Positions 27,582 to 37,375 of a stretch of 64,000 bases of DNA are shown piece after piece (the stretch's first letter is position 1; each line of letters opens with the position of its first letter). The notes under the pieces were generated by a model, which was given only the letters and a program-made list of their open reading frames with translations, was not told the origin of the DNA and ran no database searches. The position numbers and the translations under genes are program-made. Origin of the DNA: a virus; IMG/VR virus record IMGVR_UViG_3300047284_000516, positions 15,895 through 79,894 of that record. One strand, given 5' to 3'.

Positions 27582-28184
27582 ATGGAATATATCTCCGATG
27601 TCGATGTTTATCATAATATCGACCTAAACCATCTGTGGATCTATGATAAACTGATCCTCTCTAAGAAGTTGGGCTACCTCTGCGGTCCTTCTGGTATACC
27701 TGTGCCTACAGATGCTTGGTATATTGTGAGACCAATAACAAATATTCATATGATGGGAAAGGGTGCATACCGAGCGTTTTTGACTCCCACATCTTGTAAT
27801 ATTCCAGATGGATATTTTTGGTGTGAGATGTTTGAGGGTAGACATTTTTCAATTGATTATTTTTGGGGTGTACAGCATCTAACGGTAGAGGGAATAAAGC
27901 GTACTGATAGATTAGACAGATTTTATAAATGGACGAAGATAGATTTCAATTTCACTCTACCAGACTGTTTAAAAGAGGTGGCTGTTGTCAACAAGTGGTT
28001 GAATATAGAAATGATTGATGGTAATATTATTGAAGCTCATATGAGATTTAATGATGATTTTCGAAATCACAATGGAAGTGAAATCTTTCCAGTGTGGAAA
28101 GATGATCCCAGCTTTGTTGTTCCAGGAGCGGAATGGTATGAAAGCAAAGCTGCTGATCGATTGGGCTTCTGGGTAATGTCATAG
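27582..28184 (+). CDS. Hypothetical protein, possibly ATP-grasp-like
   Basis: YIVRPITN..MMGKGA, FWCE.FEG.H.S.DY, NIEMIDGNIIEAHMR; CTAAATA upstream. Confidence 0.55.
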   Translation: MEYISDVDVYHNIDLNHLWIYDKLILSKKLGYLCGPSGIPVPTDAWYIVRPITNIHMMGKGAYRAFLTPTSCNIPDGYFWCEMFEGRHFSIDYFWGVQHLTVEGIKRTDRLDRFYKWTKIDFNFTLPDCLKEVAVVNKWLNIEMIDGNIIEAHMRFNDDFRNHNGSEIFPVWKDDPSFVVPGAEWYESKAADRLGFWVMS

Positions 28185-28221
28185 AAAAATACATTCAGGA
28201 AGAATAGCAGTACCAAATAAT

Positions 28222-28298
28222 ACCACCGTGGTCTAATCGAATAAGGCAACGCTCTTCTAAAGCGTACGATGGGGGTTTGAATCCCTCCGGTGGTGCCA
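28222..28298 (+). tRNA. tRNA-Arg (UCU)
   Basis: ACCACCG/CGGTGGT acceptor, ACGCT-CTTCTAA-AGCGT anticodon arm, CCA. Confidence 0.88.
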
Positions 28299-28320
28299 AA
28301 CAACTTTAGGTGAACTTTTG

Positions 28321-28539
28321 ATGGTTACTCGCTACAACGAAGACGGAAGTATTACTGATGGTACGTTTGATGATGTTAAAACAAGCTGCCGTGAGAGATT
28401 TGCAAATGGCATCCACAAATACACTATTAGCAAGATGTGGATAGAAACAACCAATCAAGAATTCCTATCAAGACTGGAGGACTGGATGAAAGAGCCTTGG
28501 GGCACATATCCACCTCTCCCTCCTAGAATGAAAAAATAA
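28321..28539 (+). CDS. Hypothetical protein between tRNAs
   Basis: ORF with SD-like AGGTG. Confidence 0.5.
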   Translation: MVTRYNEDGSITDGTFDDVKTSCRERFANGIHKYTISKMWIETTNQEFLSRLEDWMKEPWGTYPPLPPRMKK

Positions 28540-28624
28540 GCGATTGTGGTGGAATTGGTAGACACAGCAGACTTAAAATCTGCCGGCGCAAGCTGTGCGG
28601 GTTCGACTCCCGCCTTTCGCACCA
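28540..28624 (+). tRNA. tRNA-Leu (UAA)
   Basis: GCAGA-CTTAAAA-TCTGC anticodon arm, long variable arm, GGTTCGACTCC, CCA; two U-U pairs in the acceptor stem. Confidence 0.88.
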
Positions 28625-28641
28625 ATAATAAAGGATAACAA

Positions 28642-29121
28642 ATGTTTAAACTAGATTTAGATGAAGTCAAAGAGTTCATTCAAAATACCTCCCCTTCCTC
28701 TAAAATCTATTTGGGATGCGATTCAGAAAGAATCCTCCATAAGAACATTTGGTACGCTGACTACACTGTAGCAGTAGTAATCCACAAAGATGGTAAACAT
28801 GGCTGCAAACTATTTGGTGAAGTAATCAGAGAAAAAGACTTTGACCAAAAGGAAAATAAACCAAGATTTAGACTTATGAATGAAGTGTATAAAGTATCGG
28901 AACTATACCTAAACTTAGCAGAATGCTTTGGCAATAGGCATGTAGAAGTTCACCTTGACATTAACCCAAATGAGATGTATGGTTCTAGTTGTGTAATCAA
29001 TGAGGCAATTGGATATATTAGAGGCACTTGTAATGTAATTCCAATGGTAAAGCCAAAAGCATTTGCTGCTACTTGTGCTGCCGATCGCTACAAGGAAGTT
29101 AGAAATATCCGATCGGTGTGA
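28642..29121 (+). CDS. RNase H-like protein (YkuK/DUF458-like)
   Basis: IYLGCDS, RLMNEV, EVHLDIN, AFAATCAAD. Confidence 0.75.
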   Translation: MFKLDLDEVKEFIQNTSPSSKIYLGCDSERILHKNIWYADYTVAVVIHKDGKHGCKLFGEVIREKDFDQKENKPRFRLMNEVYKVSELYLNLAECFGNRHVEVHLDINPNEMYGSSCVINEAIGYIRGTCNVIPMVKPKAFAATCAADRYKEVRNIRSV

Positions 29122-29216
29122 TAGAAATATAATAATGGATTAAAATCCATAATTCAGGGAAACTATTGATAAGTATCCATGCGGTACTTAACTCCTCAAC
29201 ATGAAAAGGAAGAAAA

Positions 29217-29765
29217 ATGAAAACAGTAGGTGATAAGATTAGTGAATTTGTAGTAACTGGTGTCAATCCTGGTAGCGACCAATTCTTTGACATCACAGAA
29301 AAGTCTTTTGAAGGTAAATGGAAAGTTATTGTATTCTATCCAAAAGATTTCACATTTGTATGCCCAACTGAGATCGTTGCATATGATAAGTTGTTCCAAG
29401 ACTTTGCAGATCGCGATGCCGTCCTTCTGACAGGTTCTACAGATAACGAATTCTGTAAACTTGCTTGGCAGCGTCATCATGAGGATCTCTCCAAGATCAA
29501 ACATATTCAGTTTGCTGACACTCAGCGTCGTAATGCAGATTACGATACTCTGAGTCTTGCTGATCAACTTGGTGTATTCTTTGCACCTGCAGGCGCAGCA
29601 CTTCGCGCAACATTTATTGTTGATCCTGATAATGTGATTCAGCACGTAACAGTTAATAACCTCAACGTTGGTCGCAGTCCAGATGAAACATTGCGTATTC
29701 TCGACGCACTTCAGACTGGCGAACTCTGCGCATGTAACCGTGCTGTGGGTGGAGAGACCCTATAA
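29217..29765 (+). CDS. ahpC: Peroxiredoxin AhpC
   Basis: FYPKDFTFVCPTEI, RATFIVDP, VGRS.DE.LR, GELC. Confidence 0.95.
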   Translation: MKTVGDKISEFVVTGVNPGSDQFFDITEKSFEGKWKVIVFYPKDFTFVCPTEIVAYDKLFQDFADRDAVLLTGSTDNEFCKLAWQRHHEDLSKIKHIQFADTQRRNADYDTLSLADQLGVFFAPAGAALRATFIVDPDNVIQHVTVNNLNVGRSPDETLRILDALQTGELCACNRAVGGETL

Positions 29766-29767
29766 TC

Positions 29768-30433
29768 ATGTTAGAGACCATCTGTGATACAATGGTCGAA
29801 GCTTACCGTCGCAATTGGATTACTAGTCGCGACGGTAACGTAAGCATTCGGCATCATGATAGAGACCATTTTTACATCACTCCATCTGGTGTGCGGAAAC
29901 AGACTTTGCAACCGGATCAGTTCAAGAAGATCGGCATTGTAGAAGGATTTTATGGTCAACCTCCTCGTTTAGAGCATAATTATGAAGTACGTGATTACAC
30001 AGACATTAGTAAAAATCTGAAACCTAGTGGTGAGATTCCATTGCATTTTGGATTGCAAAAAGAGTTGGGGCAGCACTCTAGTGATGTGAGGGTTGTAATG
30101 CATTTTCATCCAACTTACTGTGTAGCTGCGATGCATGCTGGGATTGAGCTTGCAGACCTAACAAAAGATTTCCCCGAGCTATCGCGGTATACGAAGGTTG
30201 CTTCAAATGTAGGAGATGTTCCTCCAATCAGTCAAGAACTTGCCGATCGCTGTTTTGAAAATCTTAAATTGGATAAAAATGGCTTCGTAAAATATGATAT
30301 TGTTGGAATCAAAGGTCACGGTGTAGTGAGTATCGATACTTCACCGTGGAGGGCTTTTGAACACATTGAACGGCTTGAGCATATTTGTCAAATAGTACTA
30401 GTTTCGAAAGGATACACAAATGCAGTGGGTTGA
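29768..30433 (+). CDS. Class II aldolase/adducin family protein
   Basis: DGNVS, ITPSG, PSGE..LH, MHFHPTY, KGHGV. Confidence 0.88.
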   Translation: MLETICDTMVEAYRRNWITSRDGNVSIRHHDRDHFYITPSGVRKQTLQPDQFKKIGIVEGFYGQPPRLEHNYEVRDYTDISKNLKPSGEIPLHFGLQKELGQHSSDVRVVMHFHPTYCVAAMHAGIELADLTKDFPELSRYTKVASNVGDVPPISQELADRCFENLKLDKNGFVKYDIVGIKGHGVVSIDTSPWRAFEHIERLEHICQIVLVSKGYTNAVG

Positions 30434-30929
30434 TACACTTAAAGAAGGGTTACCAGATTATGCAAAGGACACCCGCCTTAATATCGATGCAGTAATTAAA
30501 CGTAGTGCGCTTGATCCAGAGATGGTTGAGTATGTGGCACTAGCTGCAACATTTGCTACTGGTAATACAAAGCTCTGGACATGGATTGCTAGTCAACTTA
30601 CCAACGAGACCGAAAAGAATGCCGCACTCACAGCAGCTTCTTTAATGGGTATGAATAATGTGTGGTATCCGTATGTCGAGATGGCAGAAGATGAGCAATT
30701 AACAGGTCTACCTGCTCAGCTTCGTATGAATGCTATTGCTACGCATGGCGGTACAACAAAGGCTAGATTCGAAGCTTACAGTCTAGCTGCATCAATTGTT
30801 GGTAAATGTCACTTCTGTGTCAAAGCTCACTACAATACTTTGAAAAAAGAAGGGTACACTGTTGAACAATTGAGAGATTTAGGTAGAATATCATCAGTGA
30901 TTGCAGCAGTATCTAAGATCATGGTTTAA
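30420..30929 (+). CDS. ahpD: Alkylhydroperoxidase AhpD
   Basis: PDYAKD.RLN, MGMNNVWY, CHFCVKAH (CxxC). Confidence 0.92.
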   Translation: MQWVDTLKEGLPDYAKDTRLNIDAVIKRSALDPEMVEYVALAATFATGNTKLWTWIASQLTNETEKNAALTAASLMGMNNVWYPYVEMAEDEQLTGLPAQLRMNAIATHGGTTKARFEAYSLAASIVGKCHFCVKAHYNTLKKEGYTVEQLRDLGRISSVIAAVSKIMV

Positions 30930-30933
30930 TCAT

Positions 30934-31010
30934 GCCCTGGTAGCTCAGTTGGTCAGAGCAGGCGACTCATAATCGCTTGGTCGGGGGTTCAAGTCCCTCC
31001 CGGGGTACCA
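30934..31010 (+). tRNA. tRNA-Ile2 (CAU, lysidine type); Met less likely
   Basis: GGCGA-CTCATAA-TCGCT anticodon arm matches enterobacterial tRNA-Ile2 as I recall it; CCA. Confidence 0.85.
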
Positions 31011-31016
31011 AACACT

Positions 31017-31040
31017 AGTCCCTCCTAGCGAGGGACTTTT
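31017..31040 (+). terminator. Rho-independent terminator
   Basis: AGTCCCTC-CTAGC-GAGGGACT followed by TTT. Confidence 0.8.
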
Positions 31041-31056
31041 CATATGACCTTAATGG

Positions 31057-31084
31057 TTGACTATTTACTTATTTGTGGTATAAT
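31057..31084 (+). promoter_or_regulatory. Sigma70-type promoter with extended -10
   Basis: TTGACT-N16-TATAAT preceded by TGn. Confidence 0.75.
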
Positions 31085-31110
31085 AATCATATGAACCGTG
31101 AGGAATCAAT

Positions 31111-31617
31111 ATGATTAAAAATACTGATGTTAGAGTAAAAAGTAGAGAGACCATATTTGTTTCACGCCAACTTCTATATGGGCGCAGTAAGCGTATTAGT
31201 TATGTAAAGACAGCGATCGCTCTGATAGATAGGTCATTACCTGAATTCCGTAAACTACTCAATCTTCCTGATCTGTTGGTTTTTAGGATCAGTAGAATGA
31301 AAGGTAAATATGCAGGGAAGTATTGTAGTGGAGATAATGTGGTATGGCTTTCACCTCTCGCTAAGTGGGAGCAGTTACTAGAAACTATTGCCCATGAGCT
31401 TGTCCATGCTGAACAATATCATCAGAAACGATTATCTTCTGTTTTCCTAGATCGTACAGGTTGGGTGCTTCAGTGGAATGGAGATCTTAATTATTCTAAG
31501 GGTACTACATATAATTCATATCGTAAACAGCCTTGGGAAATAGAAGCTTTTGATCGGCAGGGGCCTCTTGCAGATCAGATCAAACAATACTTTGAAAGAG
31601 AAGGAATTACACTATGA
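31111..31617 (+). CDS. HExxH metallopeptidase-like protein (related to 24610..25080)
   Basis: TIAHELVHAEQY...PWEIEA. Confidence 0.72.
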   Translation: MIKNTDVRVKSRETIFVSRQLLYGRSKRISYVKTAIALIDRSLPEFRKLLNLPDLLVFRISRMKGKYAGKYCSGDNVVWLSPLAKWEQLLETIAHELVHAEQYHQKRLSSVFLDRTGWVLQWNGDLNYSKGTTYNSYRKQPWEIEAFDRQGPLADQIKQYFEREGITL

Positions 31618-32045
31618 AATACACAGTAGCATTGGAAGAAAATGAGGACGGTGAGCTTGTACTGCCTGTTACCCAAGCAATCCTCGATGAGGTAGGTTGG
31701 AAAGAGGGAGATACGCTAGTGTGGTCAGATAATGGGGATGGCACATTTACGTTGACCCGCAAACCTCAGGAAACAGAGCTTGTGATGGTGGAAGCAATAT
31801 CTCAGTTTCGTATGAGATATTGCGTAGAGGTTCCCAAAGGAAAACGTGAATATGCGCTTGATACTGTGGTGATGGAAGAGGCTAAGGAATTCTCACAGTT
31901 GTCTCTTGGGGAAACTATTGTTTCCGATCGTATCGTTTCATTAGAAGATGCAATCCAATTGTTCAGAGAGGAACACAATTATCTTACATCGTGGTCTGAT
32001 GAACAGATTATCGGCTTCTGCATTACCAAAATCAATGGCAGTTGA
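31614..32045 (+). CDS. AbrB/MazE-like domain protein
   Basis: GELVLPV...LDEVGWKEGDTL.W swapped-hairpin pattern. Confidence 0.65.
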   Translation: MKYTVALEENEDGELVLPVTQAILDEVGWKEGDTLVWSDNGDGTFTLTRKPQETELVMVEAISQFRMRYCVEVPKGKREYALDTVVMEEAKEFSQLSLGETIVSDRIVSLEDAIQLFREEHNYLTSWSDEQIIGFCITKINGS

Positions 32046-32532
32046 AATATACGAGAATTTTTTGGAGATCAAGCTGCTAGATGAGTTGAGGAGATATCAA
32101 ACAAACCTTCTCAAATCTAAGCAGCATAGTTTATTTACTAATATGACCTGGGAGCAGACGATAGTTCTTGAAAGTGCTCCGGTTTTAATTCATACTTTGG
32201 CCAGCGACACCACTTTATATGAACAAATACATCAAACAATTACAACAAAGATTGAAATGCTGCCAAAGCATATCATGCTCTACACATGGACTCGATTTAG
32301 CTATATTCCATGGCATAATGATTGGACCCACAAAGCAGGTCTTACAGTATATTTAAATAAATCCAAAACTGTTAATTCAGGTGGTATTTTCTTGTATAAA
32401 GAAGATGAACAAATTAAAGGAATTGCTCCGGAAGGAAATCAAGCAGTCCTAGTACGAGGTGGTGTTGAACATTGTGTTACCCCAGTTATAAGTACAGGAG
32501 TACTTCGTAATACACTACAAGTGTTCTTTTAA
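32035..32532 (+). CDS. 2OG-Fe(II) oxygenase
   Basis: IPWHND, TVYLN, GGIF, EHCVTPV...RNTLQ. Confidence 0.82.
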   Translation: MAVEIYENFLEIKLLDELRRYQTNLLKSKQHSLFTNMTWEQTIVLESAPVLIHTLASDTTLYEQIHQTITTKIEMLPKHIMLYTWTRFSYIPWHNDWTHKAGLTVYLNKSKTVNSGGIFLYKEDEQIKGIAPEGNQAVLVRGGVEHCVTPVISTGVLRNTLQVFF

Positions 32533-34209
32533 ATGAAAAATAATGTAACCTTTGTAACCGGTATTTGGGACATGGGTCGTGATCAGCTTACGGATGGGTT
32601 TGGTCGACCTTTCTCACATTATCTTGAGCGTTTTGAGCGCCTTCTCAATCTGAATATCAACTTAGTGGTCTTTGGGCCCAAACAGTTGGAAAATATAGTT
32701 TTGGCAAGGAGCTCTCGCAACAGAACTTTCTTCAAGCAAAAAGAACTTTCTGACTTCGATTCTTGGTTTCCTTTCTTCGATAAGGTGGATCAGCTCCGCA
32801 CAAGCAGCGAGTGGCTATATGATCAGCCGACATGGCTATACCAATCCCCTCAAGCAGCTCTGAAGTATTACAATCCCGTTATCATGTCTAAGTTTTTTAT
32901 GTTGAATGATGCAATGTATTTTGATGGACATGCATCAGATTATTATTTTTGGATAGATGGTGGATTAATTAATACTGTCCCAGCAGAGAAAATAGTAAAT
33001 GCTAATTATACTCCTGAATATCTAAAAGCCAATAATGCTGAGGATAAACTTCTATTCCTCAGCTTTGATTATCAAGGTAGTCATGAGATTCACGGATTTA
33101 AACGAGAGGGATTGGAAACCTTCTGTGGGAAGAAGACAACGAGAGTTCCTCGAGGAGGATTTTTTGGTGGTAGAAAGGATATTGTTAGATCATTTAATCC
33201 ACGATACTATGATCACCTAAGTCAGTCTCTTCATGCTGGTTATATGGGAACTGAAGAGAGCGTGTTTTGTATTCTTGATGCAAAATATCCAGAAGACATC
33301 CACCATTTTAATGTGGATGGGGGAGCATTGTATCCCTTTTTTAATCATTTGCAGCAACACCAAGTACCAGAAGAAACGGTCAAAGTGTATGATCGTTCCT
33401 TTGATCAATTGAAGACCGCAATCTATATTCTCACATTCAATAGTCCAGAACAAACAGAGTGGTTGCTAAGATCATTTGAGTTGGCAGATCCCAATTTTAT
33501 TATCAAACCAGATATTTTTCTTATCGATAATTCAACGAATAAAAATACTACCCTTTCCTATCAAAAGCTTTGTAAACAGTATGGGATCACATATCTAAAG
33601 CAAAAGGAAAACATAGGAATTACTGGGGGCAGACTATTTGCAGCAAAGCATTTTCATCAAAATGACTATGACTATTATCTATTTTTTGAAGATGATATGA
33701 TGCTCCATGCACCATCATATACTACTTGTAATGCAGGATATCCTTCTTACAAAACTAATCTGTTTAACAAGACACTACACATCATCCATGAGGAAAAATA
33801 TGATTTTTTGAAGCTGAGTTTTTCCGAATTTTATGGAACAAACAAGAAGCAATGGGCATGGTATAATATCGATGATCATATTAGAGAGAAGTGGTTTCCA
33901 GACCATCCAACCAAACACAACTATGCCGAGGCTCCAGAAACGATCTTTGGACCGAAAAAATCCTACCAAGATGTTGACTATATGGAGGGAGAGTGCTATT
34001 ATTGTAATTGGCCTTTGTGGTTTTCAAGAGAGGGTAATTATAAGGTCTTCATTGAACCTGGTAACAGTTATCCATCCGAACAATGGGTTATGAAGAATAC
34101 ATTCTACTTGCAACGAGAGGGATATGTTAAAGCAGCAATACTACAACTGTCTCCCATCAATCATTATAGATTTGCTCACTATGAGCAAGAAGAGAGGAAA
34201 GAAGTATGA
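32533..34209 (+). CDS. HtrL/YibB-like domain fused to a GT2-like domain
   Basis: TFVTGIWD, FWIDGG, GGFFGG, GTEES N-domain; LIDNS, NIGITGGR, FFEDD C-domain. Confidence 0.7.
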   Translation: MKNNVTFVTGIWDMGRDQLTDGFGRPFSHYLERFERLLNLNINLVVFGPKQLENIVLARSSRNRTFFKQKELSDFDSWFPFFDKVDQLRTSSEWLYDQPTWLYQSPQAALKYYNPVIMSKFFMLNDAMYFDGHASDYYFWIDGGLINTVPAEKIVNANYTPEYLKANNAEDKLLFLSFDYQGSHEIHGFKREGLETFCGKKTTRVPRGGFFGGRKDIVRSFNPRYYDHLSQSLHAGYMGTEESVFCILDAKYPEDIHHFNVDGGALYPFFNHLQQHQVPEETVKVYDRSFDQLKTAIYILTFNSPEQTEWLLRSFELADPNFIIKPDIFLIDNSTNKNTTLSYQKLCKQYGITYLKQKENIGITGGRLFAAKHFHQNDYDYYLFFEDDMMLHAPSYTTCNAGYPSYKTNLFNKTLHIIHEEKYDFLKLSFSEFYGTNKKQWAWYNIDDHIREKWFPDHPTKHNYAEAPETIFGPKKSYQDVDYMEGECYYCNWPLWFSREGNYKVFIEPGNSYPSEQWVMKNTFYLQREGYVKAAILQLSPINHYRFAHYEQEERKEV

Positions 34210-34823
34210 CGTGGACCTTTGATTTTGAAATGCCTACAACAAAGCTGAAGGATCAAGATCTTACGGATTTTAATATCCATGAATGTTTTCTGTGGAAAGA
34301 GGCAACAACGGAAGATGATTTAAAATTTGCAGCTGATCTGATTATAGATCAACATGCAACAATTGGTAATGATAATACTGTGAAAAAGGATATTCGCAAT
34401 CACCTTATAGGGGAAGAAATAGAGATTGATGCAAAAAGTGGGTCCTTTTTCATGTTGCTCAAGGAAAGGATCAACTCGGTAAATTTCTTTCACTATAATT
34501 ATCGTCTGTGGTCTGTAGAAGCACTCCTACCCTGTAAATATGATGAAAATCATTTTTATAAGATGCATAGTGATCGTATTATGCAAAAATCTAACGTTGA
34601 ACGAAAAATGACGGTTTTGATAGGTCTTACTAATGAGTCAGCATATCAGGGTGGCGAGGTAATTGTCTCAGCTTCGGGGAATGATAAATATTCCACGATT
34701 GTAAGGTTAAATCGGGGCGATATGCTTTTTATTCCATCGTTTGTTCCTTACAGTGTCTCTAAAATAAAAAGTGGCAGCAATCAAATGTTAATATCTTGGG
34801 TACTAGGTCCCAAGTTTGTATAA
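34206..34823 (+). CDS. 2OG-Fe(II) oxygenase-like protein with degenerate active site
   Basis: HSD, RKMT, YQGGE and PSF are present, but the distal His and Arg positions read PYSV..SNQ. Confidence 0.65.
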   Translation: MTWTFDFEMPTTKLKDQDLTDFNIHECFLWKEATTEDDLKFAADLIIDQHATIGNDNTVKKDIRNHLIGEEIEIDAKSGSFFMLLKERINSVNFFHYNYRLWSVEALLPCKYDENHFYKMHSDRIMQKSNVERKMTVLIGLTNESAYQGGEVIVSASGNDKYSTIVRLNRGDMLFIPSFVPYSVSKIKSGSNQMLISWVLGPKFV

Positions 34824-34836
34824 AATAGGAGCAACC

Positions 34837-35481
34837 ATGGACGCAGGATTAATTGCAAGCGCCTTTGATGAATTTAATACAACAAAGGGAAACGGCCCAA
34901 CAGCCGAAGATGGCAGTATTCTTACTGGCCACATGTATCACAATGCATATTCACGAGTACTGGCTACACGATATCCAGCCTCTTTGCTTGAAGTTGGGGT
35001 AACGAGAGGACGATCAATTGCCGCTTGGAAAAAACTTCTTCCAGAGGCTCAAATTGCTGGTATTGACAAAGTTGATCCTTTAACCATTGATGATGGCTAT
35101 GTTGGTCTTTTCCCAAGAGCACCAGATACTTCTACCTGGGACCTGTTTGTTGGTGACGCTACTCGTCGCTCCTTCACATCAACGATTCCCAATACATATG
35201 ATATTATTGTTGATGATACCAACGCCACGTGGGAAGAGCGTTGTGCAATTTTCGATAACCTGATTGACAAATGCAACAACATTTATGTGTTGGAGAGTAT
35301 TCAGGGTGCCCGCCATGAGCGATTTATTCGCAATATGGTTAAAGCTAAAGGTTATACTAATATTCTAACATTTGATTCTCGTTTGCAGGGAATGATTGCA
35401 TACAGTGGTGGTCCAGAAGAGTCGTTTACATATATGATGATGGTGGTGATTAAAGATGATTCTGTGCAATTGGCGGGGTAA
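34837..35481 (+). CDS. Class I SAM methyltransferase-like protein
   Basis: LLEVGV..GRS..AW, IAGID, YDIIVDD. Confidence 0.7.
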   Translation: MDAGLIASAFDEFNTTKGNGPTAEDGSILTGHMYHNAYSRVLATRYPASLLEVGVTRGRSIAAWKKLLPEAQIAGIDKVDPLTIDDGYVGLFPRAPDTSTWDLFVGDATRRSFTSTIPNTYDIIVDDTNATWEERCAIFDNLIDKCNNIYVLESIQGARHERFIRNMVKAKGYTNILTFDSRLQGMIAYSGGPEESFTYMMMVVIKDDSVQLAG

Positions 35482-36232
35482 GATTGGATATGGTGATATA
35501 ATTTCGCCAATTTGTTATGCGCATAACATTGCATCTAGACTAGAAACACCTTTTTATCTGAACTTTCACTGGCCCTTTTCTAAGGGCCATAAAATTAATC
35601 AGCACGATCCTGAGACCCTATATGATCGTGCTGATATTGTTGCATCTTACTGTGTTCCAGCTGATGTAAAAATCAATCATATCTTCAATTCTTCTCTCCC
35701 CTACAATCACAATGCTTACAGCTTTGTCGATGGGTTACATAATCATTGGTACTCTAAAATTACCAATCTACCAGTCAATCAATATAAAATAGTGGTTTGT
35801 GGCACACATCATAATGAAATTCCGTTAGATCAATATGGTAAGCCATGGAAGGATCCAGTAGGTCCTAAGGAATGGAGAAAGTTGGTAACTGATCTTTCAG
35901 TGGATCATCTACCTGTAGAGGTCAGCTATCGGACACCACTAAAAGATCTAATAGAGGAGCTTTCCACATCATCGTTGTATATTGGGTATCATGGATCTGC
36001 TGCATGGGTAGCAAGATTCATTGGAATTCCATCTATCATCTTTTCTTCCAACACCGACCTCACTCGAATGAGTTTTATGGGGGCTTTAGTCAAAGCAACA
36101 ATGGAAAGCACATTTGTTCATTCTATAAATCAATATCGAACCATTAGTTTAGAAAAACTCAATACCTTTCAAAGGCAGTTTATGAATTATCAAATACCTT
36201 CCAAATTAATTAAAGAGCTGAGAACAACATGA
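35456..36232 (+). CDS. GT-B (GT9-like) glycosyltransferase
   Basis: GYGDII N-terminus; LYIGYHGSAAWVA..IGIPSIIF. Confidence 0.6.
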   Translation: MILCNWRGKIGYGDIISPICYAHNIASRLETPFYLNFHWPFSKGHKINQHDPETLYDRADIVASYCVPADVKINHIFNSSLPYNHNAYSFVDGLHNHWYSKITNLPVNQYKIVVCGTHHNEIPLDQYGKPWKDPVGPKEWRKLVTDLSVDHLPVEVSYRTPLKDLIEELSTSSLYIGYHGSAAWVARFIGIPSIIFSSNTDLTRMSFMGALVKATMESTFVHSINQYRTISLEKLNTFQRQFMNYQIPSKLIKELRTT

Positions 36233-36903
36233 AAATTTTTATTGGTTATGATTCTCGTGAGCATATAGCAGCAGAAGTCTGTAGGTTTTCAATTCTTAGA
36301 AAAAATCCTAATTTGGATGTAACATTCCTTAAGACGGATTCCATACCCGAATACACTCGGCCTCGTGAGTTGCAGCAATCAACGGATTTTACATATACAA
36401 GATTTCTAGTTCCATACTTATCCAACTTCAAAGGATATTCCTTATTTGTTGATTGTGATTTCCTATTTCTTGATGATCCGGAAGAGTTATTAAAATACAT
36501 AACCACCGACCACGCTATTGCAGTTTGTAAGCATCCCTCCTATGTTCCCAGAACAGCTATGAAGATGGATGGTATCAAACAAACAAATATTAACCGTAAG
36601 AATTGGGCAAGCTTGATATTGTATAACAACGAGCACAGTTTTAATAGAATTCTTACTCCTGATTATATTAACACAATAAAACCAGGAAGATTGCTGCATC
36701 AGCTGTTCTGGTTGAGAGATGAGTTGATATCATCAATTCCACTAGATTGGAACTGTTTGGATGATTATTATTACTTGGAGCAACCCAAAGCAATCCATTA
36801 TACAGATGGAGGACCATGGTTTCCAAATTATCAAAAGACGTGCTACTCATCACTATGGAAAGCAGTTTATGACCTCTACAAACACGATACTGAATTTAAC
36901 TGA
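36229..36903 (+). CDS. GT-A glycosyltransferase (GT8-like)
   Basis: IFIGYDSRE, STDFTYTRFLVPYL, FVDCDFL, RKNWASL, HYTDGGPW. Confidence 0.8.
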   Translation: MKIFIGYDSREHIAAEVCRFSILRKNPNLDVTFLKTDSIPEYTRPRELQQSTDFTYTRFLVPYLSNFKGYSLFVDCDFLFLDDPEELLKYITTDHAIAVCKHPSYVPRTAMKMDGIKQTNINRKNWASLILYNNEHSFNRILTPDYINTIKPGRLLHQLFWLRDELISSIPLDWNCLDDYYYLEQPKAIHYTDGGPWFPNYQKTCYSSLWKAVYDLYKHDTEFN

Positions 36904-37375
36904 TCAATACACACAGCTACATAAAGATCCTTCTATTTTTAGAGGATATTCACTATCCGAACATATCCCAGCAATTCAAACCATAGTACAAAATAGCAAT
37001 ATCAAGACGTTGTTGGATTATGGCTGCGGTAAAGCTGAGATGTATGATCTTCATAGATTAAGACAATTGTGGAAATTGGATTCCATTTCATTATATGATA
37101 TTGGAGTTCCCAAGTACACCTCAAAGCCTGTGGGACGGTTTGATATGACGGTTTGTGTAGATGTTCTTGAGCATATTCCATTGGAGCTTTTAGATCAGAC
37201 AATGGATGAGTTGAATAAATATACCAGCAAAGTTCTATATCTTTGTGTCAGTTGCCACCCTGCATCAAAGAAACTTCCTGATGGAAGGAATGCACATCTG
37301 AATGTACAAACAAAGGAGTGGTGGAAGCAAAGAATTAAACAAATGGATGTTTACACCAAACTCACCTTTTCATGA
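36869..37375 (+). CDS. Class I SAM methyltransferase
   Basis: LLDYGCGK, CVDVLEHIP, GRNAHL.V...WW. Confidence 0.85.
   Translation: MTSTNTILNLTDQYTQLHKDPSIFRGYSLSEHIPAIQTIVQNSNIKTLLDYGCGKAEMYDLHRLRQLWKLDSISLYDIGVPKYTSKPVGRFDMTVCVDVLEHIPLELLDQTMDELNKYTSKVLYLCVSCHPASKKLPDGRNAHLNVQTKEWWKQRIKQMDVYTKLTFS

Noticed and set aside
31614-32045. Toxin-antitoxin pair around the AbrB-like gene
   Set aside because: No recognisable toxin adjacent
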